Source: Rhizophagus irregularis (Eukaryota). From it: a DNA stretch of 64,000 nt. The stretch spans positions 1,240,001-1,304,000 of the forward strand of contig NC_089431.1 in NCBI RefSeq assembly GCF_026210795.1, read 5' to 3'. Made by a program: the position numbers and the translations under genes. How positions within the stretch are numbered: position 1 is the stretch's first letter; each line of letters starts with the position of its first letter. The notes below the pieces were generated by a model. The model saw only the letters and a program-made list of their open reading frames with translations. It made no database searches and was not told where the DNA came from. Shown piece after piece: positions 11,354 through 21,601 of this stretch.

Positions 11354-13363
11354 TTATCCCCTGATCGACACCATTTACACGTTTATGCAAATATAGTTAT
11401 ACCTACTGGGTAGCAAATTTTATATGTATTTATTTATCCGTTCCTAGGAGATTTTGCACTAAAATTAGCTACTATTTTATACTATTGATTATTATACTAT
11501 TATTTATGCTACAATAACAAGTTATTTATTAAAATAACAAATTATAATAAAAATTATTCTTTTGTAATATTAATGGTAATATTAGCACATTTAATGAATT
11601 TAAGCTTAAAATTTTCAGCCAATTCTAAGTTTTTATCTTTACGTTTCAGAGGAATTGAAATATTTTGAATTTCAGAGAGTGTTTTTCTTGAAGATGAGTG
11701 AAATTCATTATTAGAGTCAACTTTATTTATATTTTCTTCATCACTGTCTTCGTGGACATACCCTGCAATATTGTCGCTAACCTTTTCTGTATCCTATTAA
11801 TATAATAAATATTATGTAAATTAAAAAAGAAATTATAAATATATTAGAAAAAGAAAAATACCTTGTGTACGCCTGGAAGTGTTAGTTTCGCAACTTCTAA
11901 TTTTTGAATTTCATTTTGTGAACGATACCTAAAAATACAGTGTGATTATAAAAGTTAAATAAATAAAAAATTATTATGAATTGGAAAAATAAGATACTTA
12001 CGAATTTAACCCTGCTAAAGATTTATGCAATGTTACATTCATAATAGCCTGAGGATCCAACCCTTCATCATTTAATTTTTGGGCAGTACGTTTTCGTAAG
12101 GAATGATTTACGACTCTTCTATTTGTACAATCAATACTAGTAATGGTGCAAATTTCTTTTAGCATTCTGGATAGTTTATCTCGACCCATATGCTGTGAAG
12201 AATACCACTTTCCCAGTTTAATATCTAATAGTATAGATTAATAAGCAATTAAAAATTAATTACATTAATAACATATCTCAATAAAAATAATATTACCTTC
12301 AGGATCTTTATTAACATGAAGAAAAAAATTTTTTTCAGCATTTTTTGGTCGTAAATTAAGATATTTTTTAATATCATAACATGCGCCACATTCTTTAGAT
12401 TCATCTGGAGGAATAATATGTGTAGGTGTTTGATTAGAGGTTGGTCGATGATAATAGCCCCCCTGATGGGTTTTATCATGAATTGTAATAATATCAAAGC
12501 CTCCATCATCACGTTCCTTAAAATGTTCAGCCATAAGATTATAATACGACCCTCCTCTTTGCGCTGTACAACATCCTACCCATAGAAAAACTCTTTTAAG
12601 TAATCCATCTGGCGTTTCATTTGACATGTTAGGATGCTCAAAGATCTTGACCATTTCATCATCTGTAAGAGCATCAGCACCATTATATTTACCATTGTTA
12701 ATATCTTCAAGCTCAATCATTCTAGTATGTAATGTATCACGAACTGCCCCAAATTCAAAGTCTTCATGTATGTTAAATGGCTCTTTATCTTTAAACAATT
12801 CTTGGTAACATCTATTTATGGCACAAATTCCATTGTATAGAGAATTTGCTTTATAATCCTTTTTTTCTCTTGTTTTAATAATTACAATAAATTCGCATAA
12901 CAACATTGCAATAACCTTCTTATCATAAAGAGTTAATAAATCAATATCTGGTTGTGTGTCATTCACAAATTCCTCAAATCTGGAGAACCATAATCTAGTA
13001 TTTTTCTTGGTATTTTCAGGTTTTGCTTTAGTGACATATCTTTGTAGAGTTTTTAAAGAAGGACGTTCATATGATTCTTTGGGAATAGATGGCTTTGAAA
13101 TTTCGTGTATATTAGAAATATTTACATTCTGCAAATGAGTAAAATTTTCTTTTAATTTATCTGTAACGTCAATATTATTTTTTGAGTGTAATAGTTCTGA
13201 AGCTTTTTTAAAATTTTGACTCATTTTTTAAAATGGAAAAATAGAAAATAGCGGGTGAAAGAAATTAGGATGCAACAATAAACTATATTTTATAATTACT
13301 GATTAACACGTGATATACTACAATAAAACAAATTTTTAATATTGTGTAAATGGCAGGGGATAA
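11354..13363 (-). mobile_element. Autonomous Crypton-like element bounded by inverted repeats TTATCCCCTG[ATCGACA]CCATTTACAC / GTGTAAATGGCAGGGGATAA
   Basis: 20-bp inverted repeat at 11354-11380 (with a 7-bp insertion) and 13344-13363 enclosing the recombinase gene. Confidence 0.75.
11554..13224 (-). CDS. Crypton-type tyrosine recombinase (DUF3504 / ZMYM-KCTD1-QRICH1-related), ~485 aa; exons 13224-12297, 12224-12002, 11928-11862, 11793-11554
   Basis: Spliced ORF of 1458 nt is open throughout. Motifs: NTKKNT..W..F, AQRGG (R), DKTHQGG (K), WYSSQHMGRDKL, NHSLR (HxxR), TLHKS (H), SYR (Y), C-terminal FIKCANITINI. Confidence 0.9.
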
Positions 13364-13368
13364 ATCAA

Positions 13369-13491
13369 TTATATCCTGGCTAATTGGAATAGTAAAATTT
13401 TACTTTAGAATCGGAACATGATCAGCCTATCGGCTGATCATTTATCCGATCCTAGTAAAATTTTACTTATTCCTAATTAGCCAGGATATAA
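13369..13491. repeat. 123-bp near-perfect hairpin module abutting the Crypton end (TTATATCCTGGCTAATT...ATGATCAGCC-TATC-GGCTGATCAT...AATTAGCCAGGATATAA)
   Basis: Palindrome read directly. Confidence 0.9.
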
Positions 13492-14165
13492 CTAATACTT
13501 ATACTCATATCTTTGAAACCATCAATAAAATCTCCCTAATTCTGTATAGAATCATCATTTATACGTAGAAATTTTATTTTATTAGTATTATTCTTTTGAA
13601 ATACAAAATAAGTAGATTAACTTTTACATTTTGCAAAGATTTAGTGTTTCAAATATAATTTCTTAACGTTTTTAATGGTATTATCATATAATTAAATAAA
13701 TATTGGTAAAAGTTCATTTAAAGTTTTACAAAAGATGACTAATAATTTGACGTATATACTTAATATTAGGATAAAACGGCTGCGCCATTTTATTTTTATT
13801 ATAATCAATTACAATAATATGTAAATATCAATATCACATGATTTAATGAATCTTTAAAACTTTGTATATAACTAATTAACTAGGAAATAATTTAATGTGT
13901 GTGAACCATTAATAAAATTATATTATAATTAATTTAATTATGACAGATGTATGTATTCTTTTAAACAAGTTGAATGCTTTATAATGTAAAACAAATATAC
14001 AAATAAGTTTTTTCTAATATCATAATATAATGTTAATATTAGCTGATATAAAGAATTATATATAAAGGAATCATTTATCTTGATGAATTTTAAAAAATTT
14101 TTAAACTCATTGAAATAATACCTATAAAAAAATTAATAAAGAAATTAAATATTAAAATAATAATC

Positions 14166-14672
14166 ATGAAAAAGGAACTGTCGGCAGCTTCTTCAATACT
14201 ATCAACATCCTTAAATACACCCACTACTATTACCATTACAGAAGAAGAATTAGTTGATTGGTTTCTGGAAAAAGATATTTGTAATCAATGTAGTGTGTCA
14301 AATGATAATATAAGAAAAAGAGGAAATGCATGGGATGCTTCAAGATTATGCACTTTATGCTATGGACAAGAAGAAAGATTAGCTGCTGCAAATACGCCCA
14401 CTATTACCACTACAGAAAAAAAATTAGTTGATTGGTACCTGGGAAAAGATATTTGTAATAAATGTGGTGTGTCAAATGATAATATAAGAAAAAGAGGAAA
14501 TGCATGGGATTCTCCAAGATTATGCACTTTATGCTATGAACGAGAAGAAAGATTAGCTGTTGCAAATACACTCACTACTATTACTATTGCTACTGCAGAA
14601 TATAGGACTCCTAAAATTCTTATAAAACAAAAATGTGAAAGAGTTCAAACAGTCTTTAATCTGATTACCTAG
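14166..14672 (+). CDS. 168-aa protein with two tandem 58-aa repeats, each containing a C-x2-C-x19-C-x2-C putative zinc finger
   Basis: ICNQC..RLCTLCY and ICNKC..RLCTLCY; 174-bp DNA duplication; open ORF starting at ATG. Confidence 0.6.
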   Translation: MKKELSAASSILSTSLNTPTTITITEEELVDWFLEKDICNQCSVSNDNIRKRGNAWDASRLCTLCYGQEERLAAANTPTITTTEKKLVDWYLGKDICNKCGVSNDNIRKRGNAWDSPRLCTLCYEREERLAVANTLTTITIATAEYRTPKILIKQKCERVQTVFNLIT

Positions 14673-15825
14673 TTAATAAACCATTTTGGGGACAATCTCA
14701 AGATGATTCAAATATTCAAATAAAAGTTCACAATTCAACTTCTTTTCTCACCTTCACACTTATACCTCACCTATTTCCTCCTACTAAACCAAACTAACTA
14801 TTATTTAAAAATATATATATACTGTTATAGTACCCTGGTTATGGCTAAATTGATTTTGCTTTATATTTTTTTTATTAGTAAAACTATTTTTTATCAAAAT
14901 CTTTATCAATGCCTACTCTTACAAAAATTTAACATACGAAAAGTTAATAAATTTGTATATTTGTAGTTGACAATAAAATATTTGTAAAAACGTTTGAAAA
15001 TGTAAAATTACCAAAATAAAATTGAATTTTAATTTTTTTAATTATAATTTTCAGAACTATCCGAAAAAGTTATAAAACCTGTTACTTTTTATGATGCATA
15101 GTGATCCAACAGCTGGACATTTTGCTGCAGATTTGAAAAAATACATTCAGAGATATTATTGGTCCAAATGTATTAAATATAAGATCATATGTCTGGTCTA
15201 GACGCTTAAGTGATAACTTAGGATATTCTCCACGCACGCTTCCTATTTTTTTTCGAGACAGTTTTCAAGACTATCTTCGTTTTTTGATTTCTTGTAGTTT
15301 GTGTATTTGGTATATTGGGTTGATGGGATGGTATAACAATTGAGGAACTTCTCAGGTGAAATGCCTGATGATATAGGTCCTAGTCCATTTGATCATCCTT
15401 ATAACCCTCAAGATGATATTTATCTTATTCAGGCATCTAAGACAAAAGATAGCTTAAAGAACTTAAGGAAGCTAAAGATAGACGTGATGATAGGATGATA
15501 AACCCATTCTCAGTATCATATAAAGAATAAATAAAATTAAATAATAACGACTAAATATTAGTATACAAAGAGAGACTTTTTTTTAAAAAAAATCTCGCTC
15601 TATATAACAAACATATGCCCTTATAGAAATTCTATCGATCACATGCAGATCAGCTATTAATTTCGTTACAATTGTTACTGGAATCACCGAGCAATATATA
15701 AATAGGTAATAAGAGGGCAGCACATTTACTACATTTACTACTGTATTATCTCTTCAAGGGCTAGAATTACGTAATGCCGCCTGGAATTATCCAAAAAAAG
15801 AAGGATCTACACATCATTCTTGTTA

Positions 15826-15991
15826 GGGCAATGACAGATATTACCTAATATCAGTTTATTATAAGAGCTTACCCCCCCTCCCCCAGGTAAGATATATTAT
15901 ATATGTAATTTCCTTATATAGTATATATGTAACCTAAGATTTCCAATTACCCCCCTTCCCCTAGAATATTAGGTAATATCTGTCATTGCCC
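15826..15991. mobile_element. PIF/Harbinger (Tourist-like) MITE
   Basis: 26-bp TIR GGGCAATGACAGATATTACCTAATAT with TTA target-site duplication on both sides. Confidence 0.85.
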
Positions 15992-17224
15992 TTACCTTTT
16001 TATGTATTGCTCAATTAATTAAATTTATCCGGCTGACACCAATAGTTTTACAAATACTTTTCTTTTACTCTCACTATGTCTTGTTCAAAATATTCTCGGG
16101 AGAATTACAAAAATTAACATATGATATTTAAAGTATTTTAAGAATGATTTTTCAACTTTATATTCATGTATTTTAGTTAACAGATTATGGTGTCCATTAT
16201 TATGGGAAAACCCATTTTCAAATCCTACAAAAAATTATAACTTTATTGAAATTTATTTACATAATTTAAATGGAGATTTAATAACAGAATTAAATGAATA
16301 TAGAATTGAGGATAATTTATTTCCTTCAAATACACTTTTCAATTATTCTAGTCTTATAAAGTATTTGAATACATGGAAGATTCTTCCTCCTATTTCTGAG
16401 TGGACCAAAAATGCTGTTAAAACTTTGAAACCTGAGAAAAGATATTCATGTGAGGTTGAAAATTTTCAAAGATTAATTCAAATGTTATTATTTAAACTGA
16501 TTATTGATAATGAAGCAAATTTACATACTCTTGAAATTGAGATCTTTTATACTTGGAATTCTCACTTAGATAATATTTTAGAATTAATTTTACAAAATCC
16601 AAATTTTATTCACAAAAATTTAAATTTTTATATTCGAAAAATTTCTTTAAATGGTAATGACTTTCTTTATCAATCATTATTATTAATAAAAGATTATAAT
16701 TGTTCAAACACTTTAAATACTAGTATCATATTATGTAATGTTAATTTTAAAGACATAATCAATTTAGATAAAATATTTGATCAATTAGAAGTTTTAGAAT
16801 CTGTTCATCTCATTTTTTGTCATTCCTTAAATACTAATTTTATTCAATAAATTATTAATTTAAATAGACCACTTAAATTAAAATCTTTAATTATAGACGA
16901 GGGATCACAAATTGATGATTCATCATTTCAATTATTATTACAAAATGTGGCAGTTATTTAGAGAATTTTGGGAATGAATTTGAAGTTCAAAGTGAAATAT
17001 TACTTGAATCAATTATACAAAAAAAAACAGCCGTTTTAGGAGTGGTGTCTTAGTATTTATAGGCATAAATAGATTTCTGAAGTGCAGAAGAGTTTTGTGA
17101 GAGAACATAAAACTAATTCATATGTAATAAAAATTGTCTATCTGCGAGTTTTGAATTTACTTAACTTCAAACTCACTTTTAATTATTCTCAAAAAGTTCT
17201 CTCTCTCTCACACATAAAGTAAAT

Positions 17225-17720
17225 ATCAACAACAATTTCTTATTTGGTGCCATATGAAATGTAAGAACATTATTAATCAAATCTTCAGGTAATATTATAC
17301 TTTTAAAAGAAAATCTTCCAAAATTTATATTATAAAATCTAATTAAGGGATAAATCTAAGAAGGGCTCTTTCCATAACCATGATTTCTCCTTATTCTTCT
17401 TTTTAACATCTTGCTGAATAAAAGGATACTGAGAAAAACACCATTTAATCAAGTTGTCCATATATCGATTTCGTCCAATTATAAATCTTCTCGTTTTAAA
17501 AGTAATTCTAGTAAAGGTACCTCTAAATTAATAAATTTATCAGATTTAAATAATATAATATATCTGGTTACGTACAAATATCAATCTTTAAAATCTCATG
17601 TTTATAGATTGTTCAAAAATTTCTAGAATTCCTCAAACTTTACCTCCATTAAGTTCGAATTATATTAATGCAATACATACTGACATATTGTATAATGCTT
17701 ATCATTTACAAATCAAGTAT
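17225..17720 (-). pseudogene. BTB/POZ-BACK(-TLDc) family fragment inside the insertion
   Basis: Piecewise minus-strand translation: ILFKSDKFINLEVPLLELLLKREDL*LDEIDIW..LIKWCFSQYPFIQQDVKK..MERALLRFIP..LPEDLINNVLTFHMAPNKK. Confidence 0.7.
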
Positions 17721-18237
17721 GCCGTCTTTATTTAACAAATAACAACTCGCTATAGAATAAATAAATATAATGTAGACATAATTTCAAATTTTTCGCATAA
17801 AAAATCAGAAAAGTATGTAAAGTAGAAGAAAAATCTGAAAATAATAAATTTCTGGTTTATTCATTATGGTTAACTTTTCATAATCATCATAAACATTTTT
17901 TTATTAGGATTAGGATTTGATAAAAAATAAAATTATTTGCACAAAAAATTCAGCTGCTGCACAGACCTTGTTGTTGTGATCATTTGTTTTGTAATAATCA
18001 GAGAAATTAATTAACAAATAGGAAGACATTATACAAACCCAATGGGAAACTGGAAAAAAAGAAGACAGACTAATTAGTAAGAAAATCACCTCCAAGAATT
18101 GAACTTGAACACAGAAATTGTGGAACCAACGGTGATGGATAATTGTTGAGTTGATAAGTTATTAAGGAAAGAACTCAACAAAGGAATGAAATAAAGGATA
18201 TCACATGTGAAGAAGGAAATCACATGAGATAGATCAA

Positions 18238-18485
18238 ATGATCAAGAAAAATAAATTTTACAAGACATAGGATCTCTCTGACACCAATTAGCGTGGTGCA
18301 ATGCTTCATGGGCGATGCAAATGATCCCCTTGTAAAATTTATCTATCTAAGAATGGTCAAATGATCAAAAAAGGGTAAATTTTTACGAGACAAAGGATCT
18401 CTCTGACACCAATCAGCACAGTGCAATGCTTCATGGGCGATGCAAACGATCCCCTTATAAAAATTATCTATCTAAGAATGGCCAA
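18238..18485. repeat. Tandem dimer of a ~123-bp, relatively GC-rich unit with an internal inverted repeat
   Basis: GGATCTCTCTGACACCAAT..GTGCAATGCTTCATGGGCGATGCAAA.GATCCCCTT occurs twice. Confidence 0.85.
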
Positions 18486-20586
18486 GTATTCCCGAGTTGA
18501 CCAAAGGGTAAAGATTACGTCTCCATGCTATATTTGGTAAGCAATGGACCTAGCTACGTAATATAAAATTATTTAATTAAATAATAATGTCTAAACTATT
18601 GGGAATTAAGGGTATTTTTTAAATTAACTATTGATTCAATGTTATGTTTGTAAAAAGAAAGTAAAGATAAAAGAAATAATATTGTATAATGAGTAAACTC
18701 ATAAATAAAATAAAGAAAATAAAGAATAAAATCAAGAAATGAAAGAAAAATTGATAAAGTATAATATGAAAAATTTGAAATAAGGAAAGATTTGAAAAGA
18801 GAGAGATTTGATAGGAGGAGAAGAGAAAGATTTGAGAAAGAGAAATTTAGGGAAAGGTAAAAGAATATTTGAATTATATATTTTATCATAATAAAGAATA
18901 AAACAAGTATATGGTTGAGAAGGTTTGTATATATAATTAAAAAAGCAAAAGAATGTATAAGTAAGTAATGAAAAATGGCAAGTATTGAAATGTAAATGGT
19001 CCAGTTTGGAGATGAGAAGGAAAGCATTGATCAATAGGAATGTTATTAAAAGGAGTATTAATGAAATTTGGACACATTTGGAAAGACATTTTGTATTATT
19101 AGAATTTAGAAGAAATTTAAAATTTGAAGAAAATTTGTTGCTTGACTTGAAAGTAAATTTGAAAAATTTGATTTGAAAATTTGTTGCTTGAAAAGTTGAA
19201 AATAAATTTGATTTGAAGTTTGAATTTTAATTTTTCCTTGAAAAAGTTTAAGGGTATATATATATTTTTAAAAACCTTTTGAATACATAGTAGCTAATAA
19301 TAAAATAGAGTAACTTATTATGATTCATAAAAAAAAATTTAGATCATGCATGAGTCACATCTATTACATCAATTAATTTATAGTTATTTATCCTTAAACT
19401 AGTAATATGAGTTAGCTTAATGATGACTAATACAGTAGTGATTTCTGAAGATGATTAATTTAAAATAAAAAATTCTTTTTGATTAAAGTATTTTACCACC
19501 AGTTTTGTATCAATTAAAAATAAAATATAGGGTAAATTTTTTCTGGAATTGTCAACAAAACAATTGGTAAAATATCAGTTATTTATAATGAGTCATAGGA
19601 CATTATCTATCTATAATCATGATTAAAAAGAATTTTCATCTATTAGATCAGTGGAACTCATCAACATTTATCTAAATTTGGTAAAATATTGTAAAGATAT
19701 TAAATCACTTTACTTAAGTAAATTTATAGATCAGATTATTTATTTATTATTCGATCTGATTGAAAATATGAAGCAAAGTCTTAATTATCTTACAATCAGT
19801 ATATCGAGTTGTGAAAATTATATTGAATTTAGTTCAATTGTATTACAAAATTTAGGACAAGTCCTTCCTTTTAAATTAGAATATTTAGATTTGATTCTTC
19901 ACATTAAAAAGAGTGATTTTGAAGTATTCTTGAAAAATTCACAAGATACTTTTATTAAGAAATTGTTGATCAATAATTTAGAAGGACAAGATATTTTACC
20001 TTATATAAAAGAATATATTAGGAAAAGAAAAGAGTGAAGTATTTGGCTATTATGGATTCCTTTGAAAGTTCAGATGATGAAAACTATGACTATAAGGAAT
20101 TGGCTTCATTGAAAGATGAAGTGGCGAAATTTCAGTTGTATGATATTAAAGTGCTAAGACATTATGGCTCATGGATAAGTTTTTATAAATTTACTCGGGA
20201 TTAATTATTTAGTGGAGTGGTAATTTTAAAATATCAGACTTATAAATTTATTATTTTAAAATAAAAATTAATTAAAGTAGGTATAATAATCGTTTTTTAC
20301 AAAATGTGATAAATAAATCAATACCCACTTTACTATGTATCTTTGGCTCTTTACAAATAAATGAAATATATAATGAAAATTTCGCTTATTAATAATTTTT
20401 AAGATCTTATCACTAATTAGTGAAATTGTTGCCTTCTGAAAACTACAATATCAATTGATTTTTAGTATTCGTCAATAATTTATGCTAACATTACAAATTA
20501 CAATTGAATCTTGCTAATTTGCTCTCCGGGTGAAAATCACCCAGACAGGTGATTTCACCATAATAAATCACGTGTATAAAATTTTT

Positions 20587-21046
20587 GGTTACGCCGAAGT
20601 CTATTTCGCTGATACCTATTTTGCCGAGGTCATTTCACATGAGGGAAGTTTCACTGAAGAGATATTTCGTCGAATGGACGTTTTACCGAATAGACATTTC
20701 GCCGAATCCTTTTCCCTGAATCGTTCATTTTGTCGAAGAACATTTTGTTGAAAATATTAGTGATCAACATAATTCCTTAATCAATACAAAGAAAATAAAC
20801 AAATGCAACTTGTAATGTGTAAATAATTCGTTTGTCTTATAAAAAGAAAAAGGGAAACTGAAAAATTTCATATCTTCTCCCTTCGTCAAAATGGCTTTGG
20901 CGAAATATCCTTTGGTAAAATGGCCATTCGGTAAAATGTCCATTCGGGAAATGGCATTTCAGTGAAATGGTACTTCGGTGAAACATCCCTTCAGTGAAAT
21001 TGCTTCGGCGAAATGGGTTTCGGTGAAATGGACTTGTCCAGATCCC
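20587..21046. mobile_element. Non-autonomous Mutator-like (MULE) element with subterminal CATTTCGCCGAA repeat arrays in inverted orientation
   Basis: Perfect 9-bp TSD AAAATTTTT (20578-20586 and 21047-21055); G...C termini; mirrored repeat arrays. Confidence 0.75.
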
Positions 21047-21213
21047 AAAATTTTTAATTTGATCTGCATATAAAAATAAACTTTTACGAATACATTTATT
21101 GTGAATGGAAAAATCTATAATCACGCTACATCATATATATATATGGTTCATATGATAACCCTTGATACTATCATTAAAGTTAAAAATAATCGAAATTATA
21201 ATGAACCAAAGTA

Positions 21214-21601
21214 TACATGTCGCCAAAATAATTTTTTAATTTCGGACCAATTTCGGCTTTGTGGCATAACTCCACAGTGTGTAAACGTAATCATCTGAAA
21301 TTTGTCAGAAGATTTCACTGGATTTCAGAGAGTGTAGAGAAGTTCTTAAATAATTTCGACTTTATTGACAACAATTTCAGCCAGGTTTGTGTATATTTCG
21401 GACATATAAAGGGACGAAGGTAAATAAGCTTAGCTGAAATTGTTGCCAATAAGACCGAAATTATCTGAGAATTCCTCTATATTCTCTAGGTTCTGGCAAA
21501 AATTTCTGCCAAGTTTCAGCTGGCTACTTTTGTACACTTTGGAGTTATGCCACAAAGCCGAAATTGGAACCGAAATTAAAAAATTATTTCGGCAACATGC
21601 A
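21214..21601. mobile_element. MITE with long (~170 bp) TIRs, TA-flanked (Tc1/mariner-like)
   Basis: TACATGTCGCCAAAATAATTTTTTAATTTCGG..GTGGCATAACTCCA pairs with TGGAGTTATGCCAC..CCGAAATTAAAAAATTATTTCGGCAACATGCA. Confidence 0.8.

Larger units (their letters stand above)
16076..20204 (+). pseudogene. F-box/RNI-like pseudogene, paralog of 57864-59516, split by a ~2.65-kb insertion (about 17018-19683)
   Basis: MSCSK.FSGEL..FSTLYSCILVNRLWC.PLLWENPF with stops and frameshifts. Reads LLESII then resumes KYCKDIK..LQNLGQVLPFKLEYL..FLKNSQDTFIKKLLI. Confidence 0.8.

Noticed and set aside
11554..13224. Bacterial or phage integrase, or endosymbiont contamination
   Set aside because: Three spliceosomal introns and Crypton/DUF3504-type motifs indicate a eukaryotic element.
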